NCBI GenBank assembly: GCA_964487115.1 | Contig: CAZAPD010000090.1 | Span: 7,994-71,993 of the forward strand | Origin: an uncultured Thermococci archaeon | GTDB taxonomy: Archaea; Methanobacteriota_B; Thermococci; Thermococcales; Thermococcaceae | DNA: 64,000 bases | Direction: 5' to 3' | In this document: positions 34,671 through 44,670 of the stretch, in pieces | Numbering within the stretch: position 1 is the first letter of the stretch | Layout of the letters: the number at the start of each line of letters is the position of its first letter | The notes under the pieces: model-generated | Told to the model about the DNA's origin: nothing | Databases searched by the model: none | The model's input: the letters and a program-made list of their open reading frames with translations, nothing else | Program-made: the position numbers and the translations under genes

Positions 34671-35003
34671 ATGATGGGAATGAATCCAAGGCAGATGAAG
34701 AAGCTCATGCGTCAAATGGGAATCAGGATGGAGGAACTTGATGGTGTCAGAGAAGTTGTAATCAAGCTGGAGAATAAGGAAATAATTATCAGGGAACCTG
34801 TTGTTACTGTTATAACTGCCCATGGAGAAAGAAGCTATCAGGTGGTTGGAGAAGAAGAGGTCAGAGAAATCCTGAGCATTCCAGAGGAGGATATAAAACT
34901 CGTTATGGAACAGACAGGCGTTGATTATGAAACTGCTAAAAAAGTATTGGAAGAAACAAAAGGAGATTTAGCAGAGGCCATTATTAAACTTGGAGGAGCC
35001 TAA
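34671..35003 (+). CDS. nac: Nascent polypeptide-associated complex protein (archaeal NAC)
   Basis: 110 aa. [14 protein letters not shown]-terminus, NAC beta-barrel segment, C-terminal UBA-like [20 protein letters not shown]. Confidence 0.9.
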   Translation: MMGMNPRQMKKLMRQMGIRMEELDGVREVVIKLENKEIIIREPVVTVITAHGERSYQVVGEEEVREILSIPEEDIKLVMEQTGVDYETAKKVLEETKGDLAEAIIKLGGA

Positions 35004-35371
35004 CTTTCTCCATGCTCTTTTTCAAAGGCCTCTATTGCTTTCATAAGTGGAATTAGATGCATCAGAGCCGGTCCACCCGCCATAAGTACTGCAACTAACC
35101 CAGCTTCAATTAATTCCTCCTTTGTTGCACCTGCTTCGAGGGCTTTTTGGGTGTGAAGATAAATGCACCATTCACAGCCAGCAGAGATTCCCAAAGCTAA
35201 AGCTATAAGCTCCTTCTCCCTTGTGGTAAGAGCTTTGGTTTCGGCGACCTCTCTAAGAAATCTTGAGAATGCCGAAATTTCCTTTGGATGTTTCTTTCCC
35301 AAGGTATTTAAAAGCTCTTCAATTTCGGAAAGTTTAACCTTAACATCGTCATACTCCATACTTACCACCAA
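35000..35371 (-). CDS. Carboxymuconolactone decarboxylase / AhpD-like family protein
   Basis: 123 aa with the CEWCIYLH CxxC motif and [12 protein letters not shown]. Confidence 0.8.
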   Translation of the reverse strand: MVVSMEYDDVKVKLSEIEELLNTLGKKHPKEISAFSRFLREVAETKALTTREKELIALALGISAGCEWCIYLHTQKALEAGATKEELIEAGLVAVLMAGGPALMHLIPLMKAIEAFEKEHGES

Positions 35372-35429
35372 TACAACCTTGTTTTATGGATTTAAAGCTC
35401 TATCTCTAACATTTGGTTGTTAACCAACA

Positions 35430-36779
35430 ATGAATCATAGTACAGTCACCATAAGAGTATTAAAGGCAAGTAATAATGCCCTCATGATGAAAGCAATAGG
35501 AATAATAAGACATCCCCCTAAGAAAAAGGTCAGCAAGGAGGAATTTGAGGAATTACTGGAGGGCGCAGGATACAAAGTTCTTGCACTGTTTGAACAGGTC
35601 AGAGAGGAGCATCCAAAGTTCAATATCGGTCCTGGAAAGCTCAAAGAAATAAAGGAGCTAATAGAAGAGCTTCAACCAGACAAGGTAATCTTCGCAAATA
35701 AGCTCACGCCATCTCAAGCATACAACCTGACAAAGGAACTGGGGGTTGAGGTGATTGACAAATGGCAGCTTGTTCTTGAGATTTTTGAGCAGAGGGCTCA
35801 TTCAAAAGAGGCAAAGCTTCAGGTAGAGCTTGCAAACCTCCAGTATCAGCTTCCCCATGTTAAAGAGGCAATCAGAAGGATAAAGATGGGAGATAGGGCA
35901 GGCTTTAAGGGTATGGGTGAATACCAGACCCAGCAGTATCTCAAACATATCAGATATAGAATGGGTAGGATAAGAAAAGAGCTGGAGAAGGTCAGGGAGG
36001 ACAGGGAAGTCAAGAGAAAAAGGAGAGAAGAAGTCGGATTCATCCTCATTGCTCTGGCCGGATATACAAATGCAGGAAAATCTACGCTTCTGAATGTTCT
36101 TGCAGGAGAGGAGATAGAGGTCAGAAACCAGATGTTCACAACGCTGGCCACGACAACGAGAAGGTTTAAACTCGGTGGAAAGAAGGTTCTTCTAACAGAT
36201 ACTGTAGGCTTTATAGACAACCTGCCACCGTTTATAGTCGAAGCCTTTCATTCAACACTTGAGGAAATAGCAAAGGCGGATGTAATTCTCTTAGTTCTGG
36301 ATGCCAGTGAGCCGTGGGGAGAGGTGAGGAGAAAGTTTCTGGCATCCCTTAGGATCCTGAGAGAGTTAAAAACTCTCGATAAACCTCTGATAGCAGTTTT
36401 GAATAAGATGGATCTCACAGAGAGGGATGATATCGAGGACAAAAAGAGGAGAATAAAAGCTATCGCAGAGGAGAGGGGGATTTATCTTTTTGATGTGGTT
36501 TCAATATCCGCAAAGCTCCCCCGACTCGATGAGCTCTACTCTGCCCTTGAGAGAGTAATTTTGACCCTCCCAAAATACAAGCTTTTTGAAATAGTAATTT
36601 CCGAAAAAGAGAAAGTTCCTCAAATAATGGCATTGCTAAACTCCATTGGTGAAATTCTGGAAGTTGAATATGGCGAGAAGACCCGGATAGAAGCCTTTGT
36701 GCAGACAGGAATGATAAGGGAGCTAACAAAGCTTGGGGTTGAGATAAAAAGGCTTTCAGCTGATGGGGAATGCACCTAA
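35430..36779 (+). CDS. hflX: GTPase HflX
   Basis: 449 aa. HflX N-terminal domain (GPGKLKEIKELI), G1 GYTNAGKST, G3 DTVGF, G4 NKMD. Alternative start at 35484 (MMKAIGII). Confidence 0.9.
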   Translation: MNHSTVTIRVLKASNNALMMKAIGIIRHPPKKKVSKEEFEELLEGAGYKVLALFEQVREEHPKFNIGPGKLKEIKELIEELQPDKVIFANKLTPSQAYNLTKELGVEVIDKWQLVLEIFEQRAHSKEAKLQVELANLQYQLPHVKEAIRRIKMGDRAGFKGMGEYQTQQYLKHIRYRMGRIRKELEKVREDREVKRKRREEVGFILIALAGYTNAGKSTLLNVLAGEEIEVRNQMFTTLATTTRRFKLGGKKVLLTDTVGFIDNLPPFIVEAFHSTLEEIAKADVILLVLDASEPWGEVRRKFLASLRILRELKTLDKPLIAVLNKMDLTERDDIEDKKRRIKAIAEERGIYLFDVVSISAKLPRLDELYSALERVILTLPKYKLFEIVISEKEKVPQIMALLNSIGEILEVEYGEKTRIEAFVQTGMIRELTKLGVEIKRLSADGECT

Positions 36780-37738
36780 ACAAGCCCTACAGCGGAGAAT
36801 AGATTAAATATCACGAGGGCTATAATTATAGCCGTCGTCGGCGTTGCAACCCAGCCGAAGATCACGTCTTTGATAACGGATTTATTTACGCGCTCTCCTG
36901 CGGCTATGCCAACCCCTATGACTCCCCCAACAATAGCCTGACTTGAGCTAACTGGCAGACCAAAAACATTTGCCAAGCTAACAGCCATCGCAGAGCCGAA
37001 CTGAGCGGCAAAAGCCGATGTTGGGCCGAGAGCAGTTATTTTCTTTCCTACAGTGTGCATCACTGCATAGCTGAAAGTTAAGGCTCCTGTTGAGAGTGCC
37101 AATGCCCCAAATATTCCCGCTATTTTTGGTTCCACAAAACCAGCTCCAACCAGAGGGCCTGAGGCATTGGCCACCTCATTAGTCCCAAAGTTAAATGCCA
37201 TATACACGCCTCCCAGAACCGCCAGCCATTTATATAAAAGCTCAATCATGCTTATACTCTTCATTCTCCCAATTATATAGCCATAGAATCTGTAGAGAAT
37301 CATGGCCAGAAGACCTGCGATTATTGGTGATAGAACCCATGCCCCTGCAATTTTCTCCAGAGTTCTCCAGTTAACGGGAGCATGGATTGCAAGACCGACC
37401 CCTACGACTCCTCCTATAATCGCCTGTGTCGTCGAAACGGGTAACCCCTTTATCGTCGCTATTGTAACCCAGACTCCAGCAGCTAAGAGAGCTATTATTG
37501 CCACTTCAATTGTTAGATATCCCTCTGGGACTATTCCCCGTCCTACCGTCTTCATGACCTTGTAACCCCGAAGATATGCCCCCATAAGAACGAATATCGC
37601 TATTGTTAGGGTTGCCTGACGGAAGCTCAGCACGCCAGCACCGACGGCTGTCCCCATAGCGTTTGCAGAATCATTAGAGCCTATGTTCCACGCGATGTAG
37701 AATGCTATTGCAATCGCTGTTATTGCAAGAACCTCCAT
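36776..37738 (-). CDS. Inorganic phosphate transporter, PiT (PHO4) family
   Basis: 320 aa, polytopic. WNIGSNDSANAMGTAVG and the repeated GTNEVANASGPLVG signature. Confidence 0.9.
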   Translation of the reverse strand: MEVLAITAIAIAFYIAWNIGSNDSANAMGTAVGAGVLSFRQATLTIAIFVLMGAYLRGYKVMKTVGRGIVPEGYLTIEVAIIALLAAGVWVTIATIKGLPVSTTQAIIGGVVGVGLAIHAPVNWRTLEKIAGAWVLSPIIAGLLAMILYRFYGYIIGRMKSISMIELLYKWLAVLGGVYMAFNFGTNEVANASGPLVGAGFVEPKIAGIFGALALSTGALTFSYAVMHTVGKKITALGPTSAFAAQFGSAMAVSLANVFGLPVSSSQAIVGGVIGVGIAAGERVNKSVIKDVIFGWVATPTTAIIIALVIFNLFSAVGLV

Positions 37739-37762
37739 GCTACCACCTCTATAGATTATATA

Positions 37763-37776
37763 GACCTATATAGGTC
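37763..37776. promoter_or_regulatory. Perfect 14-bp palindrome GACCTATATAGGTC in the PiT promoter region
   Basis: Lies 25-38 nt upstream of the PiT ATG (minus strand). It is downstream of a TTTAAAT TATA candidate and upstream of the GAGGTGG SD. Confidence 0.3.
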
Positions 37777-37959
37777 AAAATCCATTTAAAAATTTTCTGG
37801 GAAAAATTTTCGAGAAACAATGTCCGGGTTTAAACATTAAAAACTAATTGGGTTCATTCCTACCCAAAGACAGTTGCCGAGACTTCCTTCTCCTTATACC
37901 GAAAGGCAAATAAATGCATTTAGGGAATAATAACTGAAAAAAGTTTAGGAGGCAGGAAG

Positions 37960-38517
37960 ATGATAGAGATTCGTTTTCATGGTAGAGGTGGACAAGGCGC
38001 AGTTACCGCCGCAAACATATTAGCTTCAGCAGCATTCCTTGAAGGAAAATATGTTCAGGCATTTCCGTTTTTCGGAGTCGAGAGAAGAGGTGCTCCAGTT
38101 ACGGCATTTACAAGAATAGACGAAAAACCGATAAGAATTAAGACTCAGATTTATGAACCGGATGTTGTCGTTGTCCTCGATCCCTCATTGTTAGATACCG
38201 TCGATGTCACTGCAGGTCTGAAAGACGGCGGAACTGTCATCATCAACACAGAAAAAAGCAAGGAGGAAGTTCTTGAGAAGCTCAAGAAGAAACCAGCTAA
38301 GCTTGCACTTGTCGATGCCACAACAATAGCCCTCGAAGTTCTTGGATTACCAATTACAAACACGGCAATCCTTGGGGCAGTGGCAAAGGCTACAGGCGTT
38401 GTAACCCTTGAACATGTCCAAAAGGCCATTCAAGAAGTTTTCTCTGGAGCTCTTGGTGAGAAGAACGCCAAAGCAGCGGCAGAGGCTTTTGAAAAGACAG
38501 AAACTTACGAGCTTTGA
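37960..38517 (+). CDS. porG: 2-oxoacid:ferredoxin oxidoreductase gamma subunit (shared POR/VOR gamma)
   Basis: 185 aa starting [22 protein letters not shown]. First gene of a gamma-deltaAB-deltaAB arrangement, as described for Pyrococcus furiosus (from memory). Confidence 0.9.
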
Positions 38518-38562
38518 TTCTCTTTCCTTTAACATTACTTAAAAACCATTGAGGTGAGAAGC

Positions 38563-38880
38563 TTGAATACTCTATTTGGAGAAAGGAAAAGCAATGCCAA
38601 AAGGATAGTCTTTAAGTCTGTGGATGAGTATCCAGAAGCCCCTATAAGTCTTGGAACTACTCTCATAAACTTCACAGGAGACTGGAGGACATTCATACCT
38701 GTTGTGAATGACGAGAAGTGCGTTAAATGCTACATCTGCTGGAAATTCTGCCCCGAACCGGCGATATTCATCAGAGAAGATGGTTATGTTAGCATAGACT
38801 ACGACTACTGCAAAGGGTGTGGAATCTGTGCAAACGAATGTCCAACAAGGGCAATAACCATGGTAAAAGAAGAGAAGTGA
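38563..38880 (+). CDS. vorD: 2-ketoisovalerate:ferredoxin oxidoreductase delta subunit (2x[4Fe-4S] ferredoxin-like)
   Basis: ORF track 38554-38880. A TTG at 38563 (MNTLFGE) after the GAGGTGAG SD is preferred. CVKCYICWKFCP and CKGCGICANECP cluster motifs. The VOR versus POR assignment rests on gene order only. Confidence 0.8.
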   Translation: MNTLFGERKSNAKRIVFKSVDEYPEAPISLGTTLINFTGDWRTFIPVVNDEKCVKCYICWKFCPEPAIFIREDGYVSIDYDYCKGCGICANECPTRAITMVKEEK

Positions 38881-38881
38881 G

Positions 38882-40078
38882 GTGGTAGCTGTGGAGTATA
38901 AACCGATTAAAAAGGTCATAAGCGGTAACTATGCTGCTGCATATGCTGCAAAAGATGCTCGCGTTGAAGTTGTTGCCGCTTACCCGATCACGCCGCAGAC
39001 GAGTATCATTGAAAAGATATCCGAATTTCTTGCCAATGGAGAGGTTGAGAACCTCCAGTATGTACCAGTCGAAAGCGAGCATTCAGCCATGGCGGCATGT
39101 ATAGGCGCTTCAGCAGCAGGTGCGAGAACATTCACAGCAACCTCAGCTCAGGGCCTTGCCTTGATGCATGAAATGCTTCACTGGGCGAGCGGTGCCAGAT
39201 TACCCGTGGTTATGGTCGATGTGAACCGTGCCATGGCTCCCCCATGGAGCGTCTGGGATGACCAGACGGATAGCTTAGCCCAAAGAGATACTGGCTGGAT
39301 GCAGTTCTATGCGGAAAACAATCAGGAAGTCTACGATGGTGTGCTCATGGCATTTAAGGTAGCTGAAACAGTTAACCTCCCTGCAATGATAATTGAGAGT
39401 GCTTTCATCCTCAGCCACACCTACGATGTCGTTGAGATGGTTCCACAGGAGCTCGTCGATGAGTTCCTCCCGCCAAGAAAGCCGCTTTACACATTGACGG
39501 ACTTTGACAACCCAATAGCTGTTGGTGCCCTCGGAACACCAGCTGACTACTATGAGTTCAGATACAAAATCGAAAAAGCTATGGCGGAAGCCAGAAAAGT
39601 CATCAAAAATGTCGGAAAAGAATTTGGTGAGAGATTTGGAAGGGATTACAGCCAGATGATTGAGCTCTATCGCACAGAGGACGCCGATTTTGTATTCATG
39701 GGGCTTGGTTCATTAATGGGAACAGTCAAGCAGGCTGTGGATGTCCTCAGAAGCGAAGGTTATAAGGTTGGAGCAGCTAAGGTTAGATGGTTCAGACCAT
39801 TTCCAAAGGAGGAGCTTTATGAATTAGCAAGACACGTAGAGGGCATAGCTGTTCTCGACAGGAACTTCTCATTCGGTCAGGAGGGAATACTCTTCAACGA
39901 AGCCAAGGGAGTTCTCTACAACACAGATGCCCATCCAGCCATGAAGAACTATATAGTGGGGTTAGGAGGAAGAGACTTCACAGTGGACGACGTTAGGAAG
40001 ATTGCAGAGGATATGAAGACAATCATAGAGTGCAAAAAGATTGACAAAGAAGTTGAGTGGTACCATTTGAAGAGGTGA
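38882..40078 (+). CDS. vorA: 2-ketoisovalerate:ferredoxin oxidoreductase alpha subunit
   Basis: 398 aa with YPITPQTSIIE and ESEHSAMAACIGASAAGARTFTATSAQGL. Alternative GTG start at 38891. Confidence 0.85.
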   Translation: MVAVEYKPIKKVISGNYAAAYAAKDARVEVVAAYPITPQTSIIEKISEFLANGEVENLQYVPVESEHSAMAACIGASAAGARTFTATSAQGLALMHEMLHWASGARLPVVMVDVNRAMAPPWSVWDDQTDSLAQRDTGWMQFYAENNQEVYDGVLMAFKVAETVNLPAMIIESAFILSHTYDVVEMVPQELVDEFLPPRKPLYTLTDFDNPIAVGALGTPADYYEFRYKIEKAMAEARKVIKNVGKEFGERFGRDYSQMIELYRTEDADFVFMGLGSLMGTVKQAVDVLRSEGYKVGAAKVRWFRPFPKEELYELARHVEGIAVLDRNFSFGQEGILFNEAKGVLYNTDAHPAMKNYIVGLGGRDFTVDDVRKIAEDMKTIIECKKIDKEVEWYHLKR

Positions 40079-40083
40079 GAGAG

Positions 40084-41019
40084 ATGGAAATTCCTGAGAA
40101 CGTTAAGAGAAGATTATCCCTGCCCTTTGAAGAGAACTTTTATGCTGGTCACACTGCCTGTCAGGGATGTGCTGCTGCGCTCGGACTGAGATATGTCCTC
40201 AAGGCATATGGCAAAAAAGCCATCTTCGCAATTCCCGCATGCTGTTCCACAATTATAGCCGGGCCATGGCCCTATTCAGCTTTCAACGCTCCCCTATTCC
40301 ACACAGCCTTCGAGACAACAGGTGCTGTCATAAGTGGAATTGAAGCTGCACTCAAAGCCAAAGGCTATAAGGTTAAGGGTGAGGAAGGCATAATGGTCGT
40401 TGGCTGGGCAGGAGACGGGGGCACTGCGGATATAGGTCTTCAGGCCCTCTCAGGATTCCTTGAGAGAGGACATGATGGGCTCTACATAATGTATGATAAC
40501 GAGGCATATATGAACACTGGTATCCAGAGGTCGAGCTCAACCCCCTACGGAGCATGGACAACCAACACCCCCGGAGGAAAGAAGCACTTTCTTGAGAGGA
40601 GACACAAGAAGAAGGTCATAGACATAGTCATCGCCCATAAAATACCTTATGCTGCTACAGCAAGCGTAGCTTTCCCGGAAGATTTAATGAGAAAGCTGAA
40701 AAAGGCCCAGAGGATACCCGGACCGAGCTTCATACAGCTCTTCGCACCATGTCCAACAGGCTGGAGGAGCCCAACGGATAAGAGCATTGAACTCGCAAGA
40801 CTTGCTGTTCAGACAGCATACTTCCCGCTCTTTGAATACGAAAACGGTAAATACAAGATAAACATGCCGTCAACTAAGAAGGAGCCGAAACCACTTGAGG
40901 AGTTCCTCAAGCTCCAAGGAAGATTTAAGTACATGTCCAAGGAAGACATTGAAGTACTCCAAAAATGGGTGCTAATGGAGTGGGAAGAGCTTAAAAAGAA
41001 AGCTGAAGTCTTTGGTTGA
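40084..41019 (+). CDS. vorB: 2-ketoisovalerate:ferredoxin oxidoreductase beta subunit (TPP-binding)
   Basis: The ORF-track start at 40057 overlaps vorA; the ATG at 40084 after GAGGTGAG is preferred. GDGGTADIG and [24 protein letters not shown] motifs. Confidence 0.85.
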   Translation: MEIPENVKRRLSLPFEENFYAGHTACQGCAAALGLRYVLKAYGKKAIFAIPACCSTIIAGPWPYSAFNAPLFHTAFETTGAVISGIEAALKAKGYKVKGEEGIMVVGWAGDGGTADIGLQALSGFLERGHDGLYIMYDNEAYMNTGIQRSSSTPYGAWTTNTPGGKKHFLERRHKKKVIDIVIAHKIPYAATASVAFPEDLMRKLKKAQRIPGPSFIQLFAPCPTGWRSPTDKSIELARLAVQTAYFPLFEYENGKYKINMPSTKKEPKPLEEFLKLQGRFKYMSKEDIEVLQKWVLMEWEELKKKAEVFG

Positions 41020-41067
41020 TTGGTCTTTATTTATTTTGTTGTTAAATCCCGTAAAGAGGTGGTAGAA

Positions 41068-41385
41068 ATGGCTGAAAGCCCCTTTAAGGCGGATATTGAG
41101 AGAGTTGAAAAGGAGTATAGTGAAAAAATGACTCCCGGAGCAATAGTCTACCTCCCCGGAAGCAGCGTTGTGAACAAGACCGGTTCATGGAGAGTCTTTA
41201 TGCCTGAGTTCCACAAGGATAAGTGCGTTAGATGCTATCTCTGCTATATTTACTGCCCAGAGCCAGCTATATACTTAGATGAAGAGAACTATCCAATCTT
41301 TGATTATGACTACTGTAAGGGTTGCGGAGTTTGTGCAAACGAATGCCCAACAAAAGCAATAGTTATGGTTAGGGAGAAGAAGTGA
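41068..41385 (+). CDS. porD: Pyruvate:ferredoxin oxidoreductase delta subunit
   Basis: ORF-track start is 41020; the ATG at 41068 (MAESPFK) after GAGGTGG is preferred. Two CxxCxxCxxxCP motifs. Confidence 0.85.
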   Translation: MAESPFKADIERVEKEYSEKMTPGAIVYLPGSSVVNKTGSWRVFMPEFHKDKCVRCYLCYIYCPEPAIYLDEENYPIFDYDYCKGCGVCANECPTKAIVMVREKK

Positions 41386-41395
41386 GGTGGTGAAG

Positions 41396-42580
41396 ATGCC
41401 GATAAAAAAGGTTATGAAAGCTAACGAAGCCGCTGCTTGGGCTGCCAAGCTTGCGAAGCCAAAAGTCATAGCTGCCTTCCCAATTACACCCTCAACACTC
41501 GTTCCTGAGAAAATTAGTGAGTTCGTTGCAGATGGAGAACTGGATGCTGAGTTCATCAAAGTTGAAAGCGAACACTCAGCTATCTCAGCCTGTGTTGGTG
41601 CCTCAGCTGCTGGTGTTAGAGTCTTTACAGCGACAGCTTCACAGGGTTTGGCTTTGATGCACGAGATACTCTTCATAGCTGCTGGCATGAGACTTCCAAT
41701 TGTCATAGCAATTGGCAACAGATCCCTGAGTGCTCCAATTAACATCTGGAATGACTGGCAGGACAGCATAAGCGAGCGCGACACCGGCTGGATACAGTTC
41801 TATGCCGAGAACAACCAAGAAGCTTTAGATCTCATCATAGCCGCATATAAAGTAGCCGAAGACGAGAGAGTTCTGCTCCCAGCAATGGTTGGATTTGATG
41901 CCTTTATCCTGACACACACTGTCGAGCCGGTGGAAATACCCGACCAAGAAGTCGTTGATAGATTCCTTGGCGAATATGTTCCGAAGCATGCATATCTTGA
42001 TCCAAAGAGACCGGTTACACAGGGTGCCCTTGGATTCCCTGCACACTACATGGAAACCAGATACAAAGTCTGGGAAGCAATGGAAAATGCCAGAGAAGTC
42101 ATAAAAGAAGTTTTTGATGAGTTTGAAAAGACCTTTGGAAGAAGGTACCACATAATTGAAGAGTACAAAACAGATGATGCTGAGATAGTCCTTGTGACCA
42201 TGGGATCCCTCGCTGGAACAGTTAAGGAGTTCGTCGACAAGAAGAGAGCAGAGGGAGTTAAGATTGGTGCCGCCAAGATAACAGTCTACAGACCGTTCCC
42301 GATTGAAGAGATAAGGGCTTTAGCCAAGAAGACAAAAGTTTTAGCCCTTCTTGAGAAGGATATCAGCTTCAGTGTTGGCGGAGCAGTATTTGCCGACACC
42401 AGCAGAGCACTCATCAACGAGAAAGAGAAGCCAATAATTCTGGACTTCATACTCGGCCTTGGTGGCAGGGATGTTACATTCGAGAACTTGGAGGAAGTCG
42501 TTGACATAGCAAAGAAGGCTCTTGAAGAGGGAGTAGAAGAAGAGGTCTACTGGATTGGCTTGAGAAAGGAGATTTTGTGA
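41396..42580 (+). CDS. porA: Pyruvate:ferredoxin oxidoreductase alpha subunit
   Basis: ORF-track start is 41387; the ATG at 41396 ([18 protein letters not shown]) is preferred. [11 protein letters not shown] and [29 protein letters not shown]. Confidence 0.9.
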   Translation: MPIKKVMKANEAAAWAAKLAKPKVIAAFPITPSTLVPEKISEFVADGELDAEFIKVESEHSAISACVGASAAGVRVFTATASQGLALMHEILFIAAGMRLPIVIAIGNRSLSAPINIWNDWQDSISERDTGWIQFYAENNQEALDLIIAAYKVAEDERVLLPAMVGFDAFILTHTVEPVEIPDQEVVDRFLGEYVPKHAYLDPKRPVTQGALGFPAHYMETRYKVWEAMENAREVIKEVFDEFEKTFGRRYHIIEEYKTDDAEIVLVTMGSLAGTVKEFVDKKRAEGVKIGAAKITVYRPFPIEEIRALAKKTKVLALLEKDISFSVGGAVFADTSRALINEKEKPIILDFILGLGGRDVTFENLEEVVDIAKKALEEGVEEEVYWIGLRKEIL

Positions 42581-42590
42581 GGTGAGAAAG

Positions 42591-43574
42591 ATGGCTGTAA
42601 GAAAACCTCCTATCACAACTCGCGAGTATTGGGCACCCGGTCATGCTGCATGTGCCGGATGTGGATGTGCTACCGCTTTAAGGCTCGCTACTAAGGCCTT
42701 CAGCGAAGCCATGGAAGAGAAATATGGAGATCCAAACGCCTTTGCCATCGCTCAGGCAACTGGATGTATGGAAGTCGTGAGTGCAGTCTTCCCATACACA
42801 GCCTGGAAAGCCCCATGGATCCACGTTGCTTTTGAAAATGCAGCTGCAGCTGCCAGTGGTGTTGAGGCAGCATGGAAGAAGCTCGGATACAAAGGTAAAA
42901 TCCTTGCCATAGGCGGTGATGGTGGTACAGCCGATATAGGTATCCAAGCGCTGAGTGGTATGCTTGAGAGGTGGCACAACGTCGTTTACCTGATGTACGA
43001 CAACGAGGCATACATGAACACCGGAATCCAGAGGTCGTCATCAACACCATACGGAGCATGGACAACCACTTCACCTCCAGGAAAGTACTCAATCGGTGAA
43101 GACAAACCCAAGAAGTGGGTGGCTTTAATAGCCGCCGCTCATATAGTTCCGTATGTTGCCACAGCCAGCATTGGGAATCCATTTGACTTCGTTAAGAAGA
43201 TGAAGAAGGCTGCGAAAGTAGATGGCCCAGCATTCGTTCAGGTTCAGTGTACCTGCCCGACAGGATGGAAGAGCCCGCTTGAAAAGGGTGTCGAAATAGC
43301 TCGTCTCGCCATTGAGACAGGTGTCTGGCCGCTCTTTGAGATAGAAAATGGTGACTTCCACAACATCAAGATTCAGAGTCCGGGAGGAGGAGCAAAGGTC
43401 AAGAGGGAAGGAGGCAGAGTGGTTGCCATCGAGTTCAAAAAGCCAGTTGAGGAATACCTCAAGCTCCAGGGAAGATTTAAACACCTCTTCAAGCAACCCG
43501 AAGCCATACAGGTCATGAAAGAGCAGATTAAGGCCATGTGGAAGGTTCTCGGCGTCGATGTTACACTTCCGTGA
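42591..43574 (+). CDS. porB: Pyruvate:ferredoxin oxidoreductase beta subunit (TPP-binding)
   Basis: ORF-track start is 42582; the ATG at 42591 (MAVRKPP) after GAGGTGAG is preferred. [18 protein letters not shown] and [24 protein letters not shown]. Confidence 0.9.
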   Translation: MAVRKPPITTREYWAPGHAACAGCGCATALRLATKAFSEAMEEKYGDPNAFAIAQATGCMEVVSAVFPYTAWKAPWIHVAFENAAAAASGVEAAWKKLGYKGKILAIGGDGGTADIGIQALSGMLERWHNVVYLMYDNEAYMNTGIQRSSSTPYGAWTTTSPPGKYSIGEDKPKKWVALIAAAHIVPYVATASIGNPFDFVKKMKKAAKVDGPAFVQVQCTCPTGWKSPLEKGVEIARLAIETGVWPLFEIENGDFHNIKIQSPGGGAKVKREGGRVVAIEFKKPVEEYLKLQGRFKHLFKQPEAIQVMKEQIKAMWKVLGVDVTLP

Positions 43575-43587
43575 ACTCTTTACCTTC

Positions 43588-43604
43588 CTCTTTTTAATTT
43601 TAAT
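43588..43604 (+). terminator. T-rich terminator candidate after porB
   Basis: CTCTTTTTAATTTTAATTT begins 14 nt after the porB stop. Confidence 0.4.
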
Positions 43605-43711
43605 TTGCAAATGATTGCACATTTCTGTCCTATATTGTCATATTTCGGGACAAAGCTTATAAGCCAGCTCCTGTACTCTGAATTAGAATTGCCTAAAAAG
43701 AGGTGATATGC

Positions 43712-44590
43712 ATGACAATTAAAACTCCTCCAACCCTTAACATATCCGGTCTCGGCGCTGATCCCCTAACCCAGAGGATAAATGAAAAACAGCAGAAATG
43801 GAAGTACAAAATAGCAGTCTTAAGCGGTAAAGGAGGCGTGGGTAAATCAACAGTTGCTGTCAACTTAGTAGCGGCTCTTGCTAAGAAGGGCTACTTTGTG
43901 GGAATACTCGATGCTGATGTTCACGGCCCCAATATCGCCAAGATGCTTGGGGTTGAAAAAGCCGAAGTTTTGGCAGAAAAGCTTGAAGATGGTCGTTTTG
44001 AAATGATCCCCCCAGTAAACGACTTTATGGGACAGACAACACCTATAAAAATCATGAGCATGGGTTTTCTCGTGAAAGAGGACCAGCCTATAATCTGGCG
44101 TGGAGCCCTTGTGACAAAAGCCATCAAACAGCTTCTCGGTGATGTTAAATGGGGCAACTTAGATTTCATGATTGTAGATTTCCCACCGGGAACCGGTGAT
44201 GAGATTTTGACTGTTGTGCAGAGCTTGAAGCTCGATGCAGCTATAATAGTAACGACTCCTCAGGAAGTTGCTCTCCTTGATACAGGAAAAGCAGTGAACA
44301 TGATGAAACAAATGGAAATCCCATATATTGCCGTTATTGAGAATATGAGCTACCTCATATGTCCACACTGCGGCAAGAAGATAGATCTCTTCGGAGAAGG
44401 TGGTGGCGAGAAATTAGCCAAGAAAGAAGGCGTTGAATTCTTGGGAAAAATACCTATAGATCTAAAAGCAAGAGAAGCCAGCGACTTCGGGATACCAATA
44501 GTCCTCTATGAAAACACACCCGCAGCAAAAGCCTTCATGGAGATAGCTGACAAACTTACTGCAAAGCTTGAAAAAGCCAATGGAGAATAA
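43712..44590 (+). CDS. Mrp/NBP35/ApbC-family Fe-S cluster carrier ATPase
   Basis: ORF-track start is 43703; the ATG at 43712 is preferred. Deviant Walker A SGKGGVGKST, DFPPGTGD, and the CPHCGKKIDLFG CxxC motif. Confidence 0.9.
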   Translation: MTIKTPPTLNISGLGADPLTQRINEKQQKWKYKIAVLSGKGGVGKSTVAVNLVAALAKKGYFVGILDADVHGPNIAKMLGVEKAEVLAEKLEDGRFEMIPPVNDFMGQTTPIKIMSMGFLVKEDQPIIWRGALVTKAIKQLLGDVKWGNLDFMIVDFPPGTGDEILTVVQSLKLDAAIIVTTPQEVALLDTGKAVNMMKQMEIPYIAVIENMSYLICPHCGKKIDLFGEGGGEKLAKKEGVEFLGKIPIDLKAREASDFGIPIVLYENTPAAKAFMEIADKLTAKLEKANGE

Positions 44591-44670
44591 AAGGCTCTTC
44601 TTTTCCATCCTCCAATTTCAACCGTTGCATTAAATTTTTAACTTTCTTTAACAATTCTGTAGGGAGGGAG

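Noticed and set aside
43609-43680. ATGATTG ... CTGA pair after porB considered as a C/D-box sRNA
   Set aside because: The C box is degenerate, there are no internal C'/D' boxes, the flanking complementarity is not adjacent to the boxes, and the region is better explained as terminator plus mrp promoter.
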